A stretch of 33,718 nt of DNA, taken from positions 1 through 33,718 of the IMG/VR virus record IMGVR_UViG_3300027744_000006. One strand, written 5' to 3'. This document shows, in pieces, positions 24,380 to 32,526 of the stretch (within the stretch, counting starts at the first letter, position 1; every line of letters starts with the position of its first letter). The notes beneath the pieces are model-generated. The model saw only the letters and a list, made by a program, of their open reading frames with translations. It did no database searches and was not told where the DNA came from. Source of the stretch: a virus (lineage: Duplodnaviria > Caudoviricetes). The position numbers and the translations under genes were made by a program.

Positions 24380-26506
24380 TTATTGCGGCATTTGTTGAAT
24401 AAAGGGATTGGGTTGGTGGCTAATATCCTGGGCGGCAATATTGGCATATTGGAATTGTTCTGCATTCAATCGCTCAATTTCGCCCATCAATTGATCAGGT
24501 GACATTCTTGCCAGCAGGATTTTGACCAGGGCATCAATTTCGGTCTTGTTTTGGCTGGTAATGCTTCGGGTATTCTGGTCATTTACCCGAACCTCTGCCA
24601 TTGTTTCTGTGTTATGCGCCCGTGCGGTCACATCCATCAGCTTGCGTCTAGTTGCGCCTTCCTCTTTGATCTGGGCCACTTGTGCCCTGTTATTGATCTC
24701 CAAACCAGCCGCTTGCAATTGCTGTTGCAGTTGCTGAATCATCTGCTCAGACTGTGCCAAGCGCATCTGGGCCTCGGGCGGTATATCGGATTTTTCGTCA
24801 ATGTTTGCCATTGGGTTCATGGCGGCAAGGCGGTCAGCGATTACATCAGCGCCTGGGAAGTCCATGTTTCTAAATACCAAGTCCCCCGCAATATTGAACA
24901 ATTCAGCGTTGCTTGTCAGCAAAGGCATCATGGATTCCACCGCTTGTTGGCGCTTTGTCTGGAATCCTGGGCCTGTGTCCATCACCACATCGTATTCACC
25001 CACAGTCACATCGTTTAAGACCTCGCCAATCTCGTTGGCCTCGTTAATCGTGGTCATGTCGGGCTGACCATCTGACCCAATAATCCGCATTACCCGTTGG
25101 GTGTCGTAAATCTTGGGTATTAGGTCAAGAATAATGCGCCCAGTTTGAGCAATGGAACGGGTCAAATTGTCGTAAAAATGGAAGTTAGACAGATCAACCT
25201 GATTCTGTTGGCCCTGCAATGCCTTGCCTGAGATATTCCCAGATGGCAATTGATTGGGGTCCATGATGCCCAGCACCATTTGCAAATCAGCAGAAATTGC
25301 CCCTGCCGCTTCCATAATTCCTGCGGGTGGCGGCTCGGGTTGCAGTCTTTGGGGTGCTGGCGCTGGTACGCCTTCTATGTCCTTTTGCTTGTATCTCAGC
25401 ACAGGCATTGACTTGATGTTAGCCATTGCCCATTCGTTTTCGTGGCCCTCGTCTTGGCCTTCTGCCAGCAACCATTTGGCTTTGGGTGCAAGCGCAACCG
25501 ATTCGGTCATGCTGGTGCGCCAGAAGTTGTACATCCGCTGGGGGTCTTTGGCAAACCTCACCAGACCGTATTTCTTGCGCTTGTCATCCACAATGACTTG
25601 TGCGCCATAACAAGGCACAACAGGGATATATTTCCCCGCCCAGGTCTTTTCCTCTAACACTTCCATTGCGGTCATCTTGACCCATTTCACGGCCTTGCGG
25701 AATGAGTCCCGTTCATCAACCACAGTCAACTTTGCGGCCTCAACCCGTTGGAAGAAGTTGGCGCTGTCCCCAAAAGACGTTGTGCCGTCACTCAACAAAT
25801 ACAGCTTGGCACGTTCACGCTCAATGTAAAAATACTCGGCAATGCGAATATCCTCTTTGGTCACCCATGCAGAGGTGTCATCCCCTGTGCTGCGTTGCTG
25901 AAAGTTAGCCCCATCGTTTGCACCTGGGTACATTTCCCGAAATATCTTCTTGTCCAGCACCGTTGTGATCAGGCATCGCTCGGCATCCGACCCATCTGGC
26001 CTGACGCTGTTGGGGTCAAAGTAGACAGTGAATGGGTTTTCAACGGCATCAATGTAGATTTCTTGGTCGAAAGAATCTTCCCGCACATACTTGTAGTTGA
26101 TGCGCCAGTAGCCCCAGCCCATCCGCACGGCATAGTCAAATGCGGTGTCGTAAGCAGTGTCGGCGCTGGAATTGACCTCAATGTGACGGGTGATGCCCTC
26201 AATGACCTGGGCAATCTTGTAGTCGGCAAGGTTATTGACGGGGTGAACCTTGATGCGTGGGCGCTGTTGGCGCTGCTGGTTGGTCACCTGTCGGATGTAG
26301 GCATCAATCTTGTTAATCGTCAGACAAGGGCGGCTTTCCAGATTGCGGCTATTCTGAATCTCAACGGGCCATTGGTCACCAGCGGCAAATTTAATGTCGT
26401 TCAGCGCCTCGGCTCGGTTTGTAGAGTCCGAATCATTGACCAAGCGCCAGAACTTGATCGCTTCGTTAATCTTGGCGTTTGCGCCGTCTGCATCTTGGTA
26501 AGCCAT
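24380..26506 (-). CDS. Portal protein (P22 gp1 family)
   Basis: 708 aa with GDQWP..RPCLTINK, IPVVPCYG, KDPQRMYN, SGKAL and YDVVMDTGPGFQTKRQ motifs. Confidence 0.95.
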   Translation of the reverse strand: MAYQDADGANAKINEAIKFWRLVNDSDSTNRAEALNDIKFAAGDQWPVEIQNSRNLESRPCLTINKIDAYIRQVTNQQRQQRPRIKVHPVNNLADYKIAQVIEGITRHIEVNSSADTAYDTAFDYAVRMGWGYWRINYKYVREDSFDQEIYIDAVENPFTVYFDPNSVRPDGSDAERCLITTVLDKKIFREMYPGANDGANFQQRSTGDDTSAWVTKEDIRIAEYFYIERERAKLYLLSDGTTSFGDSANFFQRVEAAKLTVVDERDSFRKAVKWVKMTAMEVLEEKTWAGKYIPVVPCYGAQVIVDDKRKKYGLVRFAKDPQRMYNFWRTSMTESVALAPKAKWLLAEGQDEGHENEWAMANIKSMPVLRYKQKDIEGVPAPAPQRLQPEPPPAGIMEAAGAISADLQMVLGIMDPNQLPSGNISGKALQGQQNQVDLSNFHFYDNLTRSIAQTGRIILDLIPKIYDTQRVMRIIGSDGQPDMTTINEANEIGEVLNDVTVGEYDVVMDTGPGFQTKRQQAVESMMPLLTSNAELFNIAGDLVFRNMDFPGADVIADRLAAMNPMANIDEKSDIPPEAQMRLAQSEQMIQQLQQQLQAAGLEINNRAQVAQIKEEGATRRKLMDVTARAHNTETMAEVRVNDQNTRSITSQNKTEIDALVKILLARMSPDQLMGEIERLNAEQFQYANIAAQDISHQPNPFIQQMPQ

Positions 26507-26507
26507 G

Positions 26508-26831
26508 TTATTTACCCCATGTCCATGTTTTTCGATTGCGTAAATTCGCAGATCGGGTTGTTTCTTGTAAGTTTTCGATTCTATTGTCGCTTACATTGCG
26601 GTTTATGTGATCGATTTCCTTGGGAATATACCCATGAAACATCATAAAAACAATTTGGTGATTGAGCAATCTGACCTTGTTCACGCAGGTTTGCAGATAA
26701 CCATCCTTAACCTTACGACCCGCAATGTTGCCTTTTTTGGCTCGGCCTTTTGATTTCTTCCATATCAAATTGCCATCAGAGTAATCAAACTCTGACTGTA
26801 AAACGTTTGGGGTAATGTCGTTTCGTTCCAT
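26508..26831 (-). CDS. HNH endonuclease (no C-terminal DNA-binding domain)
   Basis: DY..G.LIWK..AG..DGY...IDHINRNVSDNRIENL..TRSAN..N. Confidence 0.9.
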   Translation of the reverse strand: MERNDITPNVLQSEFDYSDGNLIWKKSKGRAKKGNIAGRKVKDGYLQTCVNKVRLLNHQIVFMMFHGYIPKEIDHINRNVSDNRIENLQETTRSANLRNRKTWTWGK

Positions 26832-28103
26832 CTAGCCCATCCATGAACCCGCTGTGGCAACCATTTGCTTTTTGCGTTTAGTGGGTTCTTTGATCATAAG
26901 TCCAATATACCTAAAGGCATCTGCCCCGTGGGAATAATGGTCGTGCAATGGGTTGCGGCTGAATTGCCCCGTGTCTGGGTCAACCTCATACCTGTAATGT
27001 CTCAGGCAAGCCAGCCCATCGGCGGTATGTTCGCGGTCAAAGTAACAGTTCGGGAATATTGTCCTGGCTGCGTTGATAGAGTCCAAAATCGGAACTCTGG
27101 GCAATATGGTGGTCTTGTACCCTGCTGCCCTCACAATGTCATCAATTGACCGCCCAGCCGCTGCCAAGGTCTTGTTTTCAGCGTCATGGGGTAGCCAAAC
27201 GGTATCGTATACATACCCATAGGTTTGCATGGTCGCCAAGTAATAACTGATGGTTTTCTGGGCATCCTCAATGTATCGGATTAGCCTTGTCTCCATACCC
27301 ACAAACTGCAAGAACCATATGGCAGTGCTATCTGACCAACCCAAGTCAAACACGGCATGAACAGGTTTGGTTGCGTCATAGGGCACTTTGGTAATGCGCC
27401 CATCCTTCTCGGCCTGTTGCATTTCCTTGGCAAAGATTGCCCCGTCTACGGTTTGGCGGCATAAACCCTCCCAAACTTGGTTATATGCTTCTTCATCCCT
27501 TTGCTTTAGCGAGTCTTTTTCCAAGCGCAGGGTTTCGGGAAACCAAGGGTTATCTGACCAATTCACCCGCATAGTGATGCAATCCTCTGGAGGATTTGCC
27601 ACAAAACGTTGGTAAGTTTCGTCTGTCTCCAACTCAGGGTTGAAGGAAATCCATATCTCTGACCCGCCTTTGCGAATGGTTGGAATTAGGATGTTCCACG
27701 ATAAACGGCTAGTGGTCTGGGCTTCTTCAACCCAGCAAATGTCCACGCCTTCATACGATTTAATGTTAGTCGGATTGTTTTTTAGGCCAATAAAGCTGAA
27801 TTCTGTGCCGTTGCGACCCCTGATGCTGGCTTGGGTAATCTCATAGAACCCCAGCAGTCCAAGGCTTTCAATCTGGTCGCACAGCAGTTTATGCACAGAA
27901 TCCCTGATGCTGGTCTGGAACTCTCGGGCGCACAGGATGCGGATGGGGTTCTTTGCCCCCAGGATAAGCAATGCCCTAGCTATTCCCCAAGACTTTGCCC
28001 CGCCCCGCCCACCATATAGAACCTTGTAACGGGACTTCTGAAACAGCCCTTGCAGCTTTACAGGGAACTCTGCCCTTGCAATTGCGTCAGAAACATCACT
28101 CAT
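26832..28103 (-). CDS. terL: Terminase large subunit (PBSX/Terminase_3 type)
   Basis: Walker A YGGRGGAKS, Walker B CWVEEA, SFNP, nuclease DLG and HGADAFRY. ATG28103 preferred. Confidence 0.96.
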   Translation of the reverse strand: MSDVSDAIARAEFPVKLQGLFQKSRYKVLYGGRGGAKSWGIARALLILGAKNPIRILCAREFQTSIRDSVHKLLCDQIESLGLLGFYEITQASIRGRNGTEFSFIGLKNNPTNIKSYEGVDICWVEEAQTTSRLSWNILIPTIRKGGSEIWISFNPELETDETYQRFVANPPEDCITMRVNWSDNPWFPETLRLEKDSLKQRDEEAYNQVWEGLCRQTVDGAIFAKEMQQAEKDGRITKVPYDATKPVHAVFDLGWSDSTAIWFLQFVGMETRLIRYIEDAQKTISYYLATMQTYGYVYDTVWLPHDAENKTLAAAGRSIDDIVRAAGYKTTILPRVPILDSINAARTIFPNCYFDREHTADGLACLRHYRYEVDPDTGQFSRNPLHDHYSHGADAFRYIGLMIKEPTKRKKQMVATAGSWMG

Positions 28104-28371
28104 TGGGCTTAATGAATGTGACTTGAATCCCACCCAGCAATGGCGACCCATCAGCGTTTTCAATGGTCGTTGCCTGTATTGCCTTGCCGTCCATCCTGTC
28201 GATGATCTCTTTAATGGCCCAGGGTTCACCCGCTTCGGCTTGGCTTACCAACTGTTCGGCAATGCTTCTTAGGCGGTGCGGCTCAGTGGTTAAGACAAGG
28301 CGCAATTTGTCATAGAACATCCTGCTTTTCGCAGCGTTCTGGTTACCTACTTGTGCGCCTCGCTCTGCCAT
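28096..28371 (-). CDS. terS: Terminase small subunit
   Basis: GAQVGNQNA motif and AIKEIIDRMDGKA. Overlaps the terL start. Confidence 0.8.
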   Translation of the reverse strand: MAERGAQVGNQNAAKSRMFYDKLRLVLTTEPHRLRSIAEQLVSQAEAGEPWAIKEIIDRMDGKAIQATTIENADGSPLLGGIQVTFIKPNE

Positions 28372-28423
28372 TTGATTCCAATCCTAAGTCTTTATAATTA
28401 AAAGTAATTTTTGTTGAGTTGGC

Positions 28424-29512
28424 TTATCTAAAAATCAATTCTTTTATGGGCACATCATAACTTTGCAATGGAAATTCTGCTTTTCTTTGCTCGTCAGTCA
28501 TGTTTCTGCGTTTTTGTACTGCCCTTGCTTCAGCCTCACCAGCCAAGCGCCTATAAGATTCGTATGGCTTGTCAGCAAGCCGTGCCGCATCCCTGGCTGC
28601 GTCCAGTTCTTTGCCCGTTCCCACTCGTTCTAGTGCGGCAAATGCCCCTGGCTCGGCGCTTCTTTCAAAAAGTTTCTCAAATCTTTGCTTGGCTTCCAAT
28701 TGGCTGAGATTTGAACCCCGCATCAACTTGTCAATGATTGCGGCATCTTCCAAAGCTTTGACACTAAAAACATCATTTGGCTGAAACAAGCCAGGATTGC
28801 CACCTCGGGCAAATCCTTCTCTTTGTTGCACACCATGTTGCAATTCATGTAAAGCCACACTTCTCTGCGCCATTTGACTTGGCCCTGCAACTGTAATTTG
28901 CGGTGTTTGAAATGTGCCACTTCTTCCTGGCATTAAATTTCCACTTGGAAGTTCATCCGCATACATCAATGTTCGTGCTTGCCCTGCTTGGGGATAGGCT
29001 TTATACAATTCTTCATGTTCTAACGCTTGGCTCATTGGCCCTTTGAATTGCTTGTTTGCTTTAATTTGGTTAAAGACTTCATCAGTGATCTTTGAGGCTT
29101 TATCGCTGATTTCTTGCCGCCATTGCTTATCTGGGCCTCTGAATGTGCCTGTTTGTTCCCAGATTTCTTCAGCGCTTTTACCCGCTTTTTCCAATTCTTG
29201 GGCTTTTACAGCGTTTATTTTGTTAAAAGTGGCTGAATTTGGGCCTACAAATATACCCGCAGGGTTATATGCCTGTGCCAAAGTGCTTCTAAGCCCCATT
29301 TCGGCTTGTGTTTGCTCTGGCGTGGGTTGCTGGCCTCTGGCCTGGGCGATTGTGTAATCAGTTGCCAGTGCGTGTTTCTTGTTGAATTCCCGTGCATTCT
29401 CGTTTGCGGCAAACAGCATCTGTTCAAGGCTTGTCCCAGGATTCTGGACAAAATCCGATGATTTGCGCTTGAACGTGTTGATTGCGCTGTAAATGTCAGC
29501 AAGGGTTGGCAT
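28424..29512 (-). CDS. LPD23-like domain plus zincin (HExxH) metallopeptidase-like protein
   Basis: IWEQTGTFRGPDKQWRQEISD, LHELQHGVQQREGFARGG and YRRLAGEAEARAVQKR. Confidence 0.75.
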   Translation of the reverse strand: MPTLADIYSAINTFKRKSSDFVQNPGTSLEQMLFAANENAREFNKKHALATDYTIAQARGQQPTPEQTQAEMGLRSTLAQAYNPAGIFVGPNSATFNKINAVKAQELEKAGKSAEEIWEQTGTFRGPDKQWRQEISDKASKITDEVFNQIKANKQFKGPMSQALEHEELYKAYPQAGQARTLMYADELPSGNLMPGRSGTFQTPQITVAGPSQMAQRSVALHELQHGVQQREGFARGGNPGLFQPNDVFSVKALEDAAIIDKLMRGSNLSQLEAKQRFEKLFERSAEPGAFAALERVGTGKELDAARDAARLADKPYESYRRLAGEAEARAVQKRRNMTDEQRKAEFPLQSYDVPIKELIFR

Positions 29513-29671
29513 TTACTTCTTCTTCTTTGTAGGCTTCTTAGCCTCTTTCATGGCTTCCCGCTGTACTGAATAGCCAATAGCCACCGCTTGTTTGGGTGGC
29601 TTGCCAGCTTCAATTTCTGCCTTAATGTTGGCCTTCAGCGCCTTGGGGGTCATTGATGCTATCAGCGGCAT
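29513..29671 (-). CDS. Small basic protein, 52 aa (KQAVAI motif; not in ORF track)
   Basis: MPLIASMTPKALKANIKAEIEAGKPPKQAVAIGYSVQREAMKEAKKPTKKKK. Its stop abuts the next ATG. Confidence 0.8.
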   Translation of the reverse strand: MPLIASMTPKALKANIKAEIEAGKPPKQAVAIGYSVQREAMKEAKKPTKKKK

Positions 29672-29831
29672 TTGCCTTCTCCTTGGATTCTTGGGCCAGC
29701 TTTTCTTGTAAGGCTTGCTTCAACTCAGTGTTTTCTCTGAAAAGGGCAGCGGCTTGCGCCATAGCGGAATCCCGCTGCCCCTCTAGCATCTCAACCAGAA
29801 GTTGTATCTCAGGGTTTGGATGCTTCAACAT
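29622..29831 (-). CDS. Small coiled-coil protein
   Basis: Abuts the upstream stop. Heptad pattern. Confidence 0.65.
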   Translation of the reverse strand: MLKHPNPEIQLLVEMLEGQRDSAMAQAAALFRENTELKQALQEKLAQESKEKANAADSINDPQGAEGQH

Positions 29832-30413
29832 TTACGCTGCGCTTGAACACATGATGTAGTAAGGCGTACCGTCTGATGCCACAACTTTCAAAGTCTTGGC
29901 AATGGTGGCAGTGCTTGTTACAAACAAAGCTGCGGGAATGTTGAACAAGTTGGGAACCGTGCCCGTGCCGCTGTTGGTGAAACGAATGAATGATGTATTC
30001 GTCCAAGTGCCACCAGATGCAAAGTTAGAGTCTGCCTGGATAGCCGCCAACGTGCCGCCTGGGTTGGTAGATGTACCGCCCAAAGTAGCCCGTAAAGCAT
30101 TGCCAGCGCCAGAAATAGTGCCAGCGCCATTAACGCTCAAACTCAGGTGTGCGCCATTGATTGTTCCACCAGTGGCAGCACCTGCGCCCGTCACAACGCT
30201 GAACGCTCGGATGGTTTCACCGCTACCAGTGCTGCTAAACGTCAAACGCTGGTAGGTCAGTCGGGTGTCGCCACTTGCGGCGCTGGTCGTGGCATAAGCC
30301 CCGTTAATGATGCCACTGGTCGTTACAGCTACTGGGACAGTTGAATTACCAACTTGAACTGAAACGAACTCTGGGTCTGCGTAAGCTACGCCTGTTGCGA
30401 TTGAATTTGCCAT
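29832..30413 (-). CDS. Gly/Thr/Ala-rich putative virion (head fibre/decoration) protein
   Basis: SD AAGGA upstream and structural-type composition. Confidence 0.65.
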   Translation of the reverse strand: MANSIATGVAYADPEFVSVQVGNSTVPVAVTTSGIINGAYATTSAASGDTRLTYQRLTFSSTGSGETIRAFSVVTGAGAATGGTINGAHLSLSVNGAGTISGAGNALRATLGGTSTNPGGTLAAIQADSNFASGGTWTNTSFIRFTNSGTGTVPNLFNIPAALFVTSTATIAKTLKVVASDGTPYYIMCSSAA

Positions 30414-30441
30414 GATATTTCCTTTATTTCTTCCAAAAGGG

Positions 30442-30714
30442 TTAACAATTCCAGCTTTTTAGACTGGCCTTAGCCCGTTCTGCTGGGCCTTTAGAGTGTT
30501 TTACCACCCCCTCCATCCTAGCGCAAAAACTGGCTTTTCGTCCAGCATCTGCCTTAGTCTTGGGGTTTGGGGCTGGCGGCTTCAAGTTTGAATTGTTCTT
30601 GGCGTTGTACTCTGCACGGCCTTTGGCGGTCATTCCCGCACCTTTTTCGGTGGGGTTGTAGGTTTTGCCCTTGCCCGTAGTCTTGTGGGGAATGGGCTTG
30701 TCGTGCTTTGCCAT
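30442..30714 (-). CDS. Basic protein, DUF6321-like
   Basis: GMTAKGRAEYN..NLKPP..RKASFCARM...SLKSWNC. Confidence 0.75.
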   Translation of the reverse strand: MAKHDKPIPHKTTGKGKTYNPTEKGAGMTAKGRAEYNAKNNSNLKPPAPNPKTKADAGRKASFCARMEGVVKHSKGPAERAKASLKSWNC

Positions 30715-30716
30715 GA

Positions 30717-30884
30717 TTATTTCTTTTTGGCAGTTTTGGCTGATTCTTTGAATGCCTGGGCAGTCGGCGCACCTTTTGCCCCAGGCGACCTCATGCGCTC
30801 TGGGGTTTTACCCGCCGCCTTTTGGCGTTCTATGCGTTCTTGTTTAGCGTGAATGTTGGCGTATAGCCCAGGTTTAGTTGCCAT
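30717..30884 (-). CDS. Small basic protein (GLYANIHAK motif)
   Basis: MATKPGLYANIHAK..MRSPGAKGAPTAQAFKESAKTAKKK. SD GGAGG upstream. Confidence 0.8.
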   Translation of the reverse strand: MATKPGLYANIHAKQERIERQKAAGKTPERMRSPGAKGAPTAQAFKESAKTAKKK

Positions 30885-30886
30885 TT

Positions 30887-31144
30887 TTAAGCCTCCACAA
30901 CGGCGCAAATGTCCGCACCTTGAATGATTTGATAATCCTGACCATCAATTTTGTGGGTGGGCCATTTCAGATAATCCCCATTCCCATACTTGATGAAGTC
31001 GCCAGCTTGAACGCCCTCCACATCTGGGCCAACCGCCACAACCGTTCCCTCGTTAAAGGGTTCTTTGTTGTCAATGTAGATGATGTCGGAAATGTGCCGC
31101 ACTTGGGGGCGCACAACCACCCTGTCAAACAGAGGCTTTAGCAT
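30887..31144 (-). CDS. groES: Co-chaperonin GroES (Cpn10)
   Basis: LKPLFDRVVV..GTVVAVGP..VQAGD..IDGQDY.I....DICAVV. Confidence 0.92.
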   Translation of the reverse strand: MLKPLFDRVVVRPQVRHISDIIYIDNKEPFNEGTVVAVGPDVEGVQAGDFIKYGNGDYLKWPTHKIDGQDYQIIQGADICAVVEA

Positions 31145-31376
31145 TTGCTTTCCTCTCGTATTTGCGCTTTGGGGGCGTGATCTGATCGGTGGTTATGTCG
31201 TACACAGGCAAGGCGACTAAATCAACCTTCACATCCTGAGTTTCAACAATCAAATGCTGACCGCACCAATCTTTTTCGTGCTTATTCACCTGTTGCGGAT
31301 TAAACCGACAGATGCCCATGATTTGCTGGGCGCGGTAAAACTTGCAGTTCCCGCAATTAGAATCCATCTCAGCCAT
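31125..31376 (-). CDS. Four-cysteine metal/Fe-S-binding protein
   Basis: CGNCKFY..GICRFNP..DWCGQH. Strong SD AAGGAGG. Confidence 0.72.
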   Translation of the reverse strand: MAEMDSNCGNCKFYRAQQIMGICRFNPQQVNKHEKDWCGQHLIVETQDVKVDLVALPVYDITTDQITPPKRKYERKANAKASV

Positions 31377-31440
31377 TCAAAACCTCCTTTTTTGTTTGGT
31401 CAGTAAGCCCTGCCGTCTCATCCACGGTGGGGTTTACGCA

Positions 31441-31647
31441 TTATTGGCAAGACTTGCGATTGTGAGTGTAGCAAACACCACTTGATTTGCCACCAGTGCA
31501 TTCATTGCCACCAGACATTTTGTTTGTCATGGCATTGGGAATGTTGTTTTTTACGCTGCCGTTTGACTTCATGTCAGGCGCAGGGTTGCCCTTCATGGAG
31601 ACTTGTGCGCCGTAGCCTTTGGGTTCGTTTTTCATCATATTTGCCAT
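31441..31647 (-). CDS. Hypothetical low-complexity protein with Cys/His C-terminus
   Basis: SD GAGG upstream. Ends ECTGGKSSGVCYTHNRKSCQ. Confidence 0.7.
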   Translation of the reverse strand: MANMMKNEPKGYGAQVSMKGNPAPDMKSNGSVKNNIPNAMTNKMSGGNECTGGKSSGVCYTHNRKSCQ

Positions 31648-31654
31648 GATTTCC

Positions 31655-32020
31655 TCATTTCAGAGTTAAAAGATACAGGGTTGAATTGATCAGATCAGCA
31701 ATTTCATCAACGATGTTTTGCAGTTCTGAATCTTGGGGGATTTCTTCTCGCGCTTCTTGCACAAACCCTTTTAACTGGGTCAGATATTCGTGCGGTGTGT
31801 CTTTGGGGTCGTGCAGTTCATCAGGAAACTTCTTCATCCTGGTGTCGTAGCGCCCTTGGTAACTCTCTGCCAGACTGTCTGCAAGGTCTACGATCTTAGG
31901 ATAAAACTTGCCCAGCGCCTTGTGGGTCGCGTATTCAGTCGTTTGCAAATGTTGAAAGTGCGTGATTGTTCCCGCATGAAACAGCGTGGCGACAAATTCG
32001 GCTACTTCTTCGTTTTTCAT
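31655..32020 (-). CDS. Ferritin/Dps-like four-helix protein (DUF5856-like)
   Basis: HFQHLQT..YATHKALGKFY..IVDLADSLAESYQG...ELQNIVDEI..LINSTLYLL. Confidence 0.78.
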   Translation of the reverse strand: MKNEEVAEFVATLFHAGTITHFQHLQTTEYATHKALGKFYPKIVDLADSLAESYQGRYDTRMKKFPDELHDPKDTPHEYLTQLKGFVQEAREEIPQDSELQNIVDEIADLINSTLYLLTLK

Positions 32021-32034
32021 GCGTTAACTATATC

Positions 32035-32060
32035 AAAAAAAAGGGGGCGAACCCCCAAAA
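32035..32060 (-). terminator. Rho-independent terminator ending the replication/nin arm
   Basis: GGGGG-TTCG-CCCCC followed by T8. Confidence 0.85.
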
Positions 32061-32084
32061 TATTGGCAACTGCTACCAACAAGG

Positions 32085-32402
32085 CTAGATTTTCGCATCA
32101 GGCAAAGGAATGTCAATAGGCCAGCAGTCACGCAAGGCATCAATTGTCCTGTGATGGGCCTTTAGCCACATTTCTTGGCGTTCTTGGCGGCTCAAATCCT
32201 TTCCTTGGTCAATGGCGTAATGGCACTGCAAGCACAGCGCAGCTACCAGATTATCGTCAGCTTTTACGCTGCGGCCCTTACCGCCTCCCCAGTTTGTGTG
32301 CGCCGCTTGCACCATATTGCCCGACCCACAGGCTTGGCAGTCAAGGCTTGCCACCAGTTTCAACAGCTTTTTTGACCTGACGTATGAATGTTTTTCGATC
32401 AA
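32085..32402 (-). CDS. YbcO/DUF1364/Ref-like zinc HNH-fold nuclease
   Basis: CQACG..QAAH..GKG..KADD..AALCLQCH..ID. Start uncertain (TTG32402). Confidence 0.75.
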   Translation of the reverse strand: MIEKHSYVRSKKLLKLVASLDCQACGSGNMVQAAHTNWGGGKGRSVKADDNLVAALCLQCHYAIDQGKDLSRQERQEMWLKAHHRTIDALRDCWPIDIPLPDAKI

Positions 32403-32526
32403 CGATTGTCTCCAATGTGGAAAACCTGTGCATATTTGCACACTCTAGCCGCCTTCTGCGGGTGTTGCCTGTGGATATTCTGGATTCTTTGACAATTGTC
32501 CATGTTCCGCATTCTGGACATTTCAT
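32341..32526 (-). CDS. NrdR-like N-terminal zinc-ribbon protein
   Basis: MKCPECG..VKESR..RRRRLECANMHRFSTLE. ATGA coupling. Confidence 0.78.
   Translation of the reverse strand: MKCPECGTWTIVKESRISTGNTRRRRLECANMHRFSTLETIVDRKTFIRQVKKAVETGGKP

Noticed and set aside
25748-26647. 299-aa plus-strand ORF and similar long antisense ORFs (8961-9494, 11762-12316, 22330-22872, 32496-33005)
   Set aside because: These are shadows of well-supported minus-strand genes, with no motifs or RBS.
28104-28229. N-terminal extensions in the ORF track for terL (also HNH 14563, lysozyme 5754, decoration 22141)
   Set aside because: They overlap upstream genes. Downstream ATGs have an SD or stop-start coupling.
28372-28423. 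AT-rich gap before terS as a pac site or promoter
   Set aside because: Plausible, but there is no clear consensus or repeat, so it cannot be supported from sequence alone.
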